Source of the DNA: an uncultured Eubacteriales bacterium
Lineage (GTDB): Bacteria > Bacillota > Clostridia > Lachnospirales > JAISER01
Direction of reading: 5' to 3'
Assembly (NCBI GenBank): GCA_964545475.1
Contig: CAZJGG010000008.1
Span: forward strand, 666 to 64,665
Length of the DNA: 64,000 nt
Shown here: in pieces, positions 1 to 8,686 of the stretch
Layout of the letters: every line of letters starts with the position of its first letter
Position numbering within the stretch: the stretch's first letter is position 1
The notes under the pieces: model-generated
The model's database searches: none
The model's input: only the letters and a program-made list of their open reading frames with translations
Told to the model about the DNA's origin: nothing
Made by a program: the position numbers and the translations under genes

Positions 1-1101
1 CCGGAATGGGTAGACATGACAGAAATATTAAGACGCATTCATCAGCAAGATTTTGATAAAGCGGCATACGAAAAGGCACTTGCATGGACAAAGGAAAACT
101 GCAAGCAGGGCAATGATTTCAACCGCCCAGAAAAGAAGCACAATGAAGAACAACATACGCAAGAATGGGAATTTGTTGTAAAAATGACTCTTGCTTGCAA
201 AGATATTTTAACTGAGCGCAACGCAATTGCAGGAGGCTTTCAAGGACAGCGTATGTGGACGGACTGGCTTCCAAACGGGGATTTTGCCGAAGCTATCCTT
301 AACAGCTCCTTCGACTGGAGCGGCAAACGCCAGCCTACAATATTCGCTACTGAAAATGATACGCTAAATGCAATGGCAATGCTGTTCGGGCATCTCCTTA
401 CAGGCACATCAAGCATATTTGCAGATGTTCGTACTTATTGGTCGCCTTCGGCAGTGGAGAGAGTAACAGGCAAAAAGCTTGAAGGTCTTGCACAAAACGG
501 TTTTATACACTTAATTAACAGCGGAGCGGCGGCTCTTGACGGAACAGGGCTTGCAGACGGGCAGATTAAGCCATGGTGGGAAATTACACAGGAAGATATT
601 ACAAAAATGCTTTCGGCAACAGATTGGTGTCCTGCAAACCTTGATTATTTCCGTGGCGGTGGTTTTTCGTCTCATTGGAAAACCCAGGCGCAAATGCCTG
701 TTACCCTTATCCGCATGAATATAATCGATGGTATCGGGCCTGTTTTACAACTTGCGGAAGGGCACACTGTTTTACTTCCAGATGATGTACATAACACGCT
801 TGATGTAAGAACAGACCGCACTTGGCCTACTACATGGTTTGTTCCTAGGCTCGGTGTAAAAGGCTTTGAAGACGTTTACACGGTTATGGCAAACTGGGGC
901 GCAAACCACGGTTCATTTACATACGGTCATATCGGAAAAGATTTAATAACGCTTGCAAGCATGTTACGTATACCTGTATCGCTTCATAATGTTGCGGATT
1001 GCGATATTTACCGCCCGCATAGCTTCGGAGCATTCGGAACGAAAGACCTTGAAAGCGCAGATTTTGCGGCATGTAAACAATATGGTTCACTTTATAAATA
1101 A
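1..1101 (+). CDS. fucI: L-fucose isomerase, C-terminal ~366 aa (5' end lies outside the window)
   Basis: Frame 1 is open from base 1. The translation is colinear with the C-terminal half of E. coli FucI ([43 protein letters not shown]). It is followed by fucO and fucU. Confidence 0.93.
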   Translation, partial: PEWVDMTEILRRIHQQDFDKAAYEKALAWTKENCKQGNDFNRPEKKHNEEQHTQEWEFVVKMTLACKDILTERNAIAGGFQGQRMWTDWLPNGDFAEAILNSSFDWSGKRQPTIFATENDTLNAMAMLFGHLLTGTSSIFADVRTYWSPSAVERVTGKKLEGLAQNGFIHLINSGAAALDGTGLADGQIKPWWEITQEDITKMLSATDWCPANLDYFRGGGFSSHWKTQAQMPVTLIRMNIIDGIGPVLQLAEGHTVLLPDDVHNTLDVRTDRTWPTTWFVPRLGVKGFEDVYTVMANWGANHGSFTYGHIGKDLITLASMLRIPVSLHNVADCDIYRPHSFGAFGTKDLESADFAACKQYGSLYK

Positions 1102-1159
1102 AGGCGAACTCTAAAACCTGAATTAATCAGTGATTACAAAACAATTTGGAGGTATTATT

Positions 1160-2305
1160 ATGGCAAGAATGATTCTTAACGAAACGTCTTATTTTGGCAA
1201 CGGTTGTATTTCTGAAATTGTAACAGAAGTTAAAGCACGGGGCTTTAAAAAGGCATTTATCGTAACTGATAAAGACCTTGTGAAATTCAATGTAGTAAAA
1301 AAGGTAACTGATTTATTAGACCAAAACGGGTTAGCTTACACAATTTACGACGATGTTAAGGCAAACCCGTCTGTCACAACAGTAAAAAATGGTGTAGAGC
1401 TTTTTAAAAAGAGCGAAACAGACTATTTCATTGCAATTGGCGGCGGCTCTCCAATTGACACTGCTAAAGCTATCGGTATAATCATTAACAATCCGGAATA
1501 TTCCGATGTAGTTAGCCTTGAAGGTGTTGTTCCTACAAAAAACAAATGTGTACCGATAATTGCAGTGCCAACGACTGCAGGAACAGCGGCAGAAGTAACT
1601 ATAAATTACGTTATAACAGATGAAGAGAAGAAACGCAAGTTTGTATGCGTTGACCCTCATGATATTCCAGTTGTATCAATTGTAGACAGCAGCATGATGA
1701 GCAGTATGCCTAAAGGGCTTACAGCCGCAACAGGAATGGACGCTCTTACTCATGCTATAGAGGGTTATATCACAAAAGGCGCATGGGAAATGTCTGATAT
1801 GCTTCACATTAAGGCAATCGAGATTATTTCACGCTCTTTGCGCAGTGCAGTGGCAAACGAAGCAGAAGGCAGAGACGGAATGGCGCTTGGGCAATATATT
1901 GCCGGTATGGGCTTTTCAAACGTTGGTCTTGGTATTGTTCACTCTATGGCGCATCCGCTTGGTGCATTTTATGATACACCCCACGGCGTTGCCAATGCAG
2001 TTCTTCTGCCTACGGTTATGGAATATAATGCACCGGCGACAGGCGAAAAGTATGGAGAAATTGCTAAAGCTATGGGTGTAGATGTTAGTGGAATGTCTCA
2101 AGAACAGTATCGCATCGCTGCAATTGATGCGGTAAAGAAGCTTTCGTCTGATGTTGGCATACCTGCAAAACTTACGGAAATCGGCGTTAAGGAAGAGGAC
2201 TTACAAGCACTTGCAGAGTCTGCGTTTGTTGATGTTTGTACAGGCGGTAATCCTAAAGACCCTTCCGTTTCTGATATATTAGAGCTTTACAAAAAGCTGA
2301 TGTAA
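1160..2305 (+). CDS. fucO: Lactaldehyde reductase / 1,2-propanediol oxidoreductase (Fe-dependent alcohol dehydrogenase)
   Basis: GGAGG at 1148-1152 precedes ATG 1160. The protein is near-colinear with E. coli FucO (MILNETSYFG, AIGGGSPIDTAKAIG, PTTAGTAAEVTINYVITDEEKKRKFVCVD, GVANAVLLP). Confidence 0.9.
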   Translation: MARMILNETSYFGNGCISEIVTEVKARGFKKAFIVTDKDLVKFNVVKKVTDLLDQNGLAYTIYDDVKANPSVTTVKNGVELFKKSETDYFIAIGGGSPIDTAKAIGIIINNPEYSDVVSLEGVVPTKNKCVPIIAVPTTAGTAAEVTINYVITDEEKKRKFVCVDPHDIPVVSIVDSSMMSSMPKGLTAATGMDALTHAIEGYITKGAWEMSDMLHIKAIEIISRSLRSAVANEAEGRDGMALGQYIAGMGFSNVGLGIVHSMAHPLGAFYDTPHGVANAVLLPTVMEYNAPATGEKYGEIAKAMGVDVSGMSQEQYRIAAIDAVKKLSSDVGIPAKLTEIGVKEEDLQALAESAFVDVCTGGNPKDPSVSDILELYKKLM

Positions 2306-2317
2306 GGAGTGTGTTTC

Positions 2318-2737
2318 ATGCTTAAAAACATACCCAAGCTTATGCCGCCGGAACTATTAAAAATTATGATGGAAATGGGTCACGGCGATGAGATTATTAT
2401 AGCAGACGGTAACTTTCCATCTGCAGCTCTAGCACAAAGGCTTATTCGTATGGATGGGCACGGCGTACCAGAAATTTTAGATGCAATACTAAATTTTTTT
2501 CCGCTGGATAGCTACAGCGAATACCCTGTTGCGCTTATGGAAGTTGTTAAGGGCGATAAAGTAGTTCCTACAATTTGGGATGTATATAAAAATACTATTG
2601 ATAAATATGATACAGCAAAAATTGAACATATTGAAAGATTTGCTTTCTATGACCGTAGCAAAAAGGCGTACTGCATAATAGCAACAGGAGAAAGCGCACT
2701 TTATGCAAACATCATACTGAAAAAAGGCGTGGTATAA
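2318..2737 (+). CDS. fucU: L-fucose mutarotase (RbsD/FucU family)
   Basis: AAGGAG lies 8 nt upstream of ATG 2318. MLKNIPKLMPPELLKIMMEMGHGDEIIIADGNFP and FAFYDRSKKAY..GE..YANIILKKGV match FucU. Confidence 0.85.
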   Translation: MLKNIPKLMPPELLKIMMEMGHGDEIIIADGNFPSAALAQRLIRMDGHGVPEILDAILNFFPLDSYSEYPVALMEVVKGDKVVPTIWDVYKNTIDKYDTAKIEHIERFAFYDRSKKAYCIIATGESALYANIILKKGVV

Positions 2738-2755
2738 AAGTAGGAGGTGACTTTT

Positions 2756-4249
2756 TTGGGAGAAGTTATCTTGAAAATGAGCGGTATTAGTAAGAGTTTT
2801 GCCGCAGTTCCGGCGCTGAAAAACGCCAGCCTGGAGCTTAAAAAGGGCGAAGTTGTTGCTCTTATGGGAGAAAACGGAGCCGGAAAATCAACTTTAATGA
2901 AAATTCTAACAGGCATATATGAGAAAGATGCCGGAAGTATTGTTTACGAGGGGAAAGAAGTTGAATTTAAAAGCCCCGGCGAAGCTAAGGATAACGGCAT
3001 TGTAATTGTGCATCAAGAGCTTAATATGATGAATCATTTAACTGTTGCACAGAACATTTTCATTGGCAGAGAAAGCATGAAGTACAAGTTTCTTACCGAT
3101 GACAGCGTTATTAACAAAAAGTCTGAAGAGCTTTTTAATCGGCTTAATATATCAATTAATCCAAAGGAGCTTGTTGGAAACTTAACTGTCGGCAGACAGC
3201 AGATGGTGGAAATTGCAAAGGCAATTTCCACCAATGCAAAAATAATTGTATTTGATGAACCTACCGCTGCTCTTACAGATAACGAAATTGTCGAGCTGTT
3301 TAAAATTATTGACGACTTAAAAAGCAAAGACATAGGAATAATTTATATTTCCCACCGCATGGACGAAATTGAAAAAATTACTGACAGAGTTACGGTAATG
3401 CGTGACGGAGAATACATAGGCACTCTTGTAACGAAAGAAACCAATAAAAGCGAAATTATAGACATGATGGTAGGCCGTGTAATTTACGAGGAGCCTAAGT
3501 CTAAGAGTAATGTATTACCGGATGCGCCTGTTGTACTTAGCGTCGAAAATTTAAACGTTGGCAATAGCGTTAAAAACCTTAGCTTTGAGCTTAAAAAAGG
3601 AGAAATTCTCGGTTTTTCCGGGCTTATGGGAGCAGGGCGAACTGAAATGGCAAGGGCGATATTTGGCGCAGACAAAAAGGATAACGGTACTGTTACAATT
3701 AATGGTAATGCAGTTGATATAAAAACCCCGGGAGATGCTGTTTCATGCGGTATTGCGTATCTTTCAGAAGACCGCAAAAGGTACGGGGTTGTAGTAGGGC
3801 TTACTGTTACAGACAACACCGTTATGACGCATCTTGACAATTACAGCAAGCTGATAATGGACGATAGGCGAATTTATGAAGATACAAAATCTTATATTGA
3901 AAAACTTAAAATTAAAACATCTTCGCCGTCTCAGCTTATCCGCAATCTTTCCGGAGGTAATCAGCAAAAAGTTGTTATTGCCAAATGGCTTATACGCAAT
4001 TGCCAAATACTTATTTTCGATGAGCCTACAAGAGGTATAGATGTAGGCGCTAAAAGCGAAATTTATAAGCTGATGAATGAGCTGGTTGCAGAAGGTAAAT
4101 CGATCATCATGATTTCTTCCGAACTGCCGGAGGTTCTTCGCATGAGCGACAGAGTTATTGTTATGTGCGAGGGCAGAAAAACCGGGGAACTTGCAATTGA
4201 AGAGGCTACCCAAAATAAAATCATTCATTTTGCGACAATGAGGGAATAA
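2756..4249 (+). CDS. Sugar ABC transporter ATP-binding protein, fused double NBD (RbsA/MglA type)
   Basis: It has two Walker A motifs (GENGAGKST, GLMGAGRTE) and an LSGGNQQK signature. The start is uncertain: AGGAGG at 2742-2747 is followed by in-frame TTG 2756, with GTG 2747 and ATG 2777 as alternatives. Confidence 0.9.
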   Translation: MGEVILKMSGISKSFAAVPALKNASLELKKGEVVALMGENGAGKSTLMKILTGIYEKDAGSIVYEGKEVEFKSPGEAKDNGIVIVHQELNMMNHLTVAQNIFIGRESMKYKFLTDDSVINKKSEELFNRLNISINPKELVGNLTVGRQQMVEIAKAISTNAKIIVFDEPTAALTDNEIVELFKIIDDLKSKDIGIIYISHRMDEIEKITDRVTVMRDGEYIGTLVTKETNKSEIIDMMVGRVIYEEPKSKSNVLPDAPVVLSVENLNVGNSVKNLSFELKKGEILGFSGLMGAGRTEMARAIFGADKKDNGTVTINGNAVDIKTPGDAVSCGIAYLSEDRKRYGVVVGLTVTDNTVMTHLDNYSKLIMDDRRIYEDTKSYIEKLKIKTSSPSQLIRNLSGGNQQKVVIAKWLIRNCQILIFDEPTRGIDVGAKSEIYKLMNELVAEGKSIIMISSELPEVLRMSDRVIVMCEGRKTGELAIEEATQNKIIHFATMRE

Positions 4250-4264
4250 AAGGGGGGAATACAG

Positions 4265-5251
4265 ATGAACAATGAAAATATCCTCAAAAACTTAGTTTCA
4301 AAAATAGGTATGCAAAAACTTATTGCATTAAGTGCATTGGTAGTTTTGTATTGCTTTTTCGCTGTATCCAGCGCCAGCTTCCGTTCAACCGATACCCTTG
4401 TAAGTATTTTAGATGCTTCTTATTATATCGGATTTATGGCAATTGGCGTTACGTTCGTTATCATTACAGGCGGTATTGACCTTTCCATAGGTACGGTTAT
4501 GATGTGCAGTGCGATTATCGGCGGAACGCTTTTTAATAAAGTTGGTATACCGCTTGCATTATCTTTGCTTATTGCAATATTTTGCGGAACGCTGTTCGGC
4601 TTAATTAATGGCTTAATGGTTACACGTATGAAACTTCCGGCATTTATTGCAACACTAGGAACGATGATGATTTCCAGAGGACTAAGTTCCATTGTATCAA
4701 ACGTTCAAAGCACAACTTTTCCGCTTAGAAGCAGCGCAGATGGCTGGTACAAAAATATTTTCCGTGTTGAAATTGGCGGCAAGGTTTTTCCTGTAGGGTT
4801 TTTTGTGCTGATATTTTTTGCGATACTGGCGGCAATTATCCTTAACAAAACCAAAATCGGTAGGTACATATTTGCAATTGGAAGTAACAGCGAGGCAACA
4901 AGACTTTCCGGCGTTGATGTAAACAAATGGCAAACGCTTGCTTATATAATCAGCGGCACTTTTGCAGGAATTGCAGGTGTAGCGTATGCCGCAACATATA
5001 CAACTTTGCTTCCCGGCATAGGTAACGGTTTTGAGCTTGATGCAATCGCCGGTGTTGTTGTAGGCGGAACATCTATGGCAGGCGGTGTTGGCTCTATTTT
5101 AGGCACATTTATCGGTGTATTCATAATGAGTGTTTTAAAAATAGGGCTTCCTTACATAGACCTACAGCCCCATTATCAAATATTTATTACCGGATTTGTA
5201 GTAATTGCAGCGGTATATATTGATGTTAGAAGAAACTCAAATAAACGTTAA
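4265..5251 (+). CDS. Sugar ABC transporter permease (RbsC/AraH type)
   Basis: The 328-aa protein is highly hydrophobic with multiple TM segments. A GGGGGG RBS precedes it, and it sits between the ATPase and binding-protein genes. Confidence 0.9.
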   Translation: MNNENILKNLVSKIGMQKLIALSALVVLYCFFAVSSASFRSTDTLVSILDASYYIGFMAIGVTFVIITGGIDLSIGTVMMCSAIIGGTLFNKVGIPLALSLLIAIFCGTLFGLINGLMVTRMKLPAFIATLGTMMISRGLSSIVSNVQSTTFPLRSSADGWYKNIFRVEIGGKVFPVGFFVLIFFAILAAIILNKTKIGRYIFAIGSNSEATRLSGVDVNKWQTLAYIISGTFAGIAGVAYAATYTTLLPGIGNGFELDAIAGVVVGGTSMAGGVGSILGTFIGVFIMSVLKIGLPYIDLQPHYQIFITGFVVIAAVYIDVRRNSNKR

Positions 5252-5274
5252 AAAATTAGAAAAGAGGTATGATT

Positions 5275-6357
5275 ATGAAAAAGTTCAAAAATACTTTTAT
5301 AGCTGTCGGTGCAACAGTAGTTGCTGCTTCTATGTTATTATCTGCTTGCGGAAGCTCTGCCAGCACACCAGCTTCCGGCAGCACAGATGCTTCCGGAGAA
5401 TTAAAAATTGAGGTTATTGCAAAAGGCTTTCAACATGATTTTTGGAAAGCGGTTGCTATCGGCGCAGACAAAGCCGGAAAAGAATTTGGCGCAAAGGTGA
5501 ATTTTGTTGGCCCAGAGGGCGAAGGCGCTATTCAATCACAGGTTGAAATGATTAACAATGCAATAAACAAAAATCCTAGTGCAATATGTCTTGCTTCTTT
5601 GGATACTAATGCGGCAATTGATGCTATTAATAAAGCAAAAAATGCTAATATTCCAATAATCGGTTTCGACTCAGGCGTGCCGGATGCACCGGAAGGGGCA
5701 ATACATGCTAACGCCTCTACAGATAACTATGCAGCAGGTGCTCTTGCAGCTGAAAAGCTTTACGAAGGGCTTAATGGTAAAATCTCCTCTGCTTCCGATG
5801 CTGTACGCATTGGCGTAGTTTCACAGGAAGCTAATTCACAATCAATTACACAGCGTACATCAGGTTTTATTGATAAAATGATTTCTCTTATCGGCGGAGA
5901 TGTTGCGGTTATTGGTCATGACAAATTTGCCAATAATGTTTCTGACAGTAAAGTTACTATTGAAGTTAGAATACCGGCAGAAATTACTGATGCCGCAGGT
6001 AAAACCGAAGCCCAGGCGCTTCTTGAAAAGTCAGATTTAATTGCTATTTACGGCTCTAATGAATTTGCCGCAAAAGCAATTATTAACGCTAACGAAGGTA
6101 TTTCAGGCGGAAGAATCGGCGCTGACAAAGTGTTGGCGGTAGGCTTTGATGCAGGTGCTTTACAGCTTGATGCCATTTCAAACAAACTGTTTTACGGAAG
6201 CGTAACTCAAGACCCTGTAGCTATCGGCTATCAGGCGGTTAAACTGGCAATTGCTGCAGCAAAAGGCGAATCAGTTGCCGATGTTGACACAGGCGCACAG
6301 TGGTACAACGCCGACAATATGAACGACGAAAACATTAAACCATTGCTCTATAAATAA
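5275..6357 (+). CDS. Sugar ABC transporter substrate-binding lipoprotein (periplasmic-binding-protein type I)
   Basis: AAGAGG lies 7 nt before ATG 5275. It has a signal peptide with lipobox LLSAC-G and an alternating alpha/beta PBP-like sequence (IGFDSG, GFDAG). Confidence 0.88.
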   Translation: MKKFKNTFIAVGATVVAASMLLSACGSSASTPASGSTDASGELKIEVIAKGFQHDFWKAVAIGADKAGKEFGAKVNFVGPEGEGAIQSQVEMINNAINKNPSAICLASLDTNAAIDAINKAKNANIPIIGFDSGVPDAPEGAIHANASTDNYAAGALAAEKLYEGLNGKISSASDAVRIGVVSQEANSQSITQRTSGFIDKMISLIGGDVAVIGHDKFANNVSDSKVTIEVRIPAEITDAAGKTEAQALLEKSDLIAIYGSNEFAAKAIINANEGISGGRIGADKVLAVGFDAGALQLDAISNKLFYGSVTQDPVAIGYQAVKLAIAAAKGESVADVDTGAQWYNADNMNDENIKPLLYK

Positions 6358-6374
6358 AAAATTAGTTAGTTTTT

Positions 6375-6398
6375 TAGAGCAATTTGCAAAAAAACTAT
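6375..6398 (+). repeat. Mini-derivative or footprint of the 103-bp element (both termini, no interior)
   Basis: TAGAGCAATTTG is directly joined to CAAAaaaaCTAT. In the full element the ends are TAGAGCAATTTG...CAAATAGCTATA. Confidence 0.5.
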
Positions 6399-6434
6399 CA
6401 AATCGGTTAATGTGATTTGTTAATAAAATTTCTG

Positions 6435-6476
6435 AAAAAGCATCAAGGAAAACGGAAAATCCTTGATGCTTTTATT
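6435..6476 (+). terminator. Rho-independent terminator of the fucose/ABC operon
   Basis: An 11-bp stem AGCATCAAGGA / TCCTTGATGCT (6439-6449 / 6460-6470) is followed by TTTATT. Confidence 0.8.
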
Positions 6477-6501
6477 ACGTTTTTTTGATATAATTTTTAT
6501 A

Positions 6502-6604
6502 TAGAGCAATTTGACAAAACATTGACAGGTGTGGAGCGGAAACAGCAAACGTTTCACCGCTGTTTTCGCGAACATAGCTGTTTATGTTTTTGCAAATAGC
6601 TATA
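6502..6604 (+). mobile_element. 103-bp hairpin MITE-like element, copy 1 (most diverged, 96/103 versus copy 2)
   Basis: It has the same termini and architecture as the copies at 7226, 60375 and 62837, and is flanked by TA on both ends. Confidence 0.8.
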
Positions 6605-6739
6605 CCTTTTTAATTTAGAACAGCATCAGCCGCTTTTTCAGTCGGCAGAGCATTTTTAGAACCTGTGTTCAATAAGCTGTTGCCCGAATTTGAAATATTA
6701 TATTGACCTTATATTTTTTGTTTTTTGCTTTATTTTAAC

Positions 6740-6896
6740 GTGAGTTCGACGAAGTCGAAAAGCCGCTTTAGCGGCTTAATTGCGGAGCAATTCTCATGTT
6801 ATGAGCGACAATCTACGGCGGTTTTTGCCGCAAATGGTGCGAATATAGTCAAAGTTCGATGAAAATTATATTTTTTATAATTTTCGTCGAACTCAC
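6740..6896. repeat. 157-bp unit closed by a perfect 14-bp inverted repeat, with several internal hairpins
   Basis: GTGAGTTCGACGAA (6740-6753) is the exact reverse complement of TTCGTCGAACTCAC (6883-6896). Internal palindromes are AAGCCGC-ttta-GCGGCTT, CTCAT-gtt-ATGAG and CGGC-ggttttt-GCCG. Confidence 0.6.
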
Positions 6897-6942
6897 ATTA
6901 TTTTCCTATATTTTGACGGTATAATAGAATTAGAAACAGGAG

Positions 6943-7808
6943 GTGCGCAGTGAAAAAACAAAATTATTATTTGCAGTATTTTTGCTCTTAACATTATTAT
7001 TTTTATTTGATGTAGATTTATCCAATAAGGATTACGGCTCATGTCTGCCCACAAATGTTATAGTTCATTGGCAGGAATTTGAAAATTCTTCATTCCCAGT
7101 TGTTGCCTCGTGTGAAAACGAGGATACATATTTATATGGGTGAAAAGAATTTGATAAAGTTATTGTAAGGCATAAAGATGTTTTTCAAGCCTTTGATTGG
7201 TATTACACAACGCCAAGAAGATTTTTAGAGCAATTTGACAAAACATTAACAGGTGTGGAGCAGGAACAGCAAACGTTTCACCGCTGTTCCTGAGAACATA
7301 GCTGTTTATGTTTTTGCAAATAGCTATACCCCAAATGAAAGTGTGTGATATTGATGGAGACGGTGCAGACGAAATTGCTGTAAGCATGAATATGGGTTCA
7401 GGAACAGGCATAAGCATTTATGAGCTTCATATACTTGAAATTTTAAATGATAGGTTTATTGACAATAAATTTTTGTTAGAACCAGGAAGCGATTTATCTG
7501 CTTTAGGCATTGACTTTAAAATTACAAAGGAAAACGATAAAACATTTTTAACCCTCTATAATAATTCGGAGTTAGAAGCTGTGCAGGATATTACAGAATA
7601 TGGGTTAACTGAAAATGATGTTAAATTTTCATATGGTTACATTGTGGAATTTAATATTTTGGAAAACGGAGAAATTGAAATGAATGTGGCCGTTGGTCTT
7701 GATACTGTAAGTGAAGCTACGATTATTTATCTTTTTGATGTAAAAGCTTCAATTAAATATGAAAAAGACGGTGGGTTTTCATTTAAAGTTAAGTCAATAA
7801 CAGAGTAA
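6943..7808 (+). pseudogene. Inactivated paralog of the 7881-8630 gene (in-frame TGA at 7141 plus a 101-bp element insertion)
   Basis: The ORF fragments 6943-7143 and 7308-7808 are together colinear with the 249-aa protein encoded at 7881-8630 (EDTYLYG, MKV.D.DGDG..EIA, YELHILEI, KDGGFSFKV). They are interrupted by a stop codon and by the repeat at 7226-7328. Confidence 0.8.
7226..7328 (+). mobile_element. 103-bp hairpin MITE-like element, copy 2 (inserted in a coding sequence at a TA)
   Basis: It differs from copy 3 at 1 of 103 positions. Removing the element plus one TA restores the host reading frame. Confidence 0.85.
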
Positions 7809-7880
7809 TGCAAACAAGACTAAATATTGTTGTTAGAAAATCTTAAGGTATAATATAGCAGATTCCAGGAGGGTAATAGT

Positions 7881-8630
7881 ATGAAAAAAAGGTTACACAC
7901 AATTATGTTTTTTTGTATTTCTGTGATTATTGTATTTGTTTCATATATATACGGAAAAAGTAATCTTTTTAATAAAGTTATAGCTAGCCAACTGGAATTT
8001 GATGAATCTTGTCCGCAATTAGTTGCTGTTTGTGAGAAAGAAGATACATATTTATATGGCGTTGGATATGAAAAAGTTATTCTAAAACATAAAGGCATAA
8101 CTCAAGAGTTTAATTGGAATTATTTACAAATAAGGTTTGACTTACCTAAAATGAAAGTTTTTGATTTTGATTCAGACGGCAAAGAAGAGATAGCGATAAG
8201 TATTAACACCCGTGCAGGAGTAGGTACAACTGTGTATGAGCTTCATATTCTAGAGATTGAGGAAAACGGATTTATGGACCAGAAATTTATGTTAGACGGT
8301 AGAAGCTATGATATATCTACGCTTGGAATTAATTATGAATTTAACAAGGAAAATGATGAAATGTTTTTAAATATTTATAATGAAGAGAGGACAATTCATT
8401 CTCAAAATGTAACAAAATATAATTTAAATGAAGACAATTTAAGATTATGTTATGGGGATTATGTTATATTTAATCCTTTAGAATGCGGCGATATAGAAAT
8501 GTATGTATTAATAGATGTGAGAAACGATGAAGTAGGACGCATATGTTATTTTTACAATTTTAAGGCATTATTAAGTTATAATAAAGACGGTGGGTTTTCA
8601 TTTAAAGTGAATGATATGACAGAGGGATAA
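7881..8630 (+). CDS. Hypothetical membrane-anchored protein with a DxDxDG (FG-GAP/VCBS-like) motif
   Basis: An AGGAGGG RBS precedes it. It has an N-terminal hydrophobic anchor, an FDFDSDGKEEIA motif, and a paralog immediately upstream. Confidence 0.75.
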   Translation: MKKRLHTIMFFCISVIIVFVSYIYGKSNLFNKVIASQLEFDESCPQLVAVCEKEDTYLYGVGYEKVILKHKGITQEFNWNYLQIRFDLPKMKVFDFDSDGKEEIAISINTRAGVGTTVYELHILEIEENGFMDQKFMLDGRSYDISTLGINYEFNKENDEMFLNIYNEERTIHSQNVTKYNLNEDNLRLCYGDYVIFNPLECGDIEMYVLIDVRNDEVGRICYFYNFKALLSYNKDGGFSFKVNDMTEG

Positions 8631-8637
8631 ACACACA

Positions 8638-8668
8638 GAAAAAGGAACAGGTGAGATGTTCCTTTTTC
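8638..8668. terminator. Bidirectional terminator between the convergent genes 7881-8630 (+) and abfD (-)
   Basis: An 11-bp stem GAAAAAGGAAC / GTTCCTTTTTC has A/T runs on both sides. Confidence 0.7.
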
Positions 8669-8686
8669 TATGTTTGCAAAAAGCTT

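Noticed and set aside
7141-7143. I considered the in-frame TGA in the first paralog as a possible selenocysteine or programmed read-through site.
   Set aside because: There is no SECIS-like hairpin immediately downstream. The paralog has ordinary residues at this position, and the same gene also carries a 101-bp frameshifting insertion. Simple pseudogenisation is more parsimonious.
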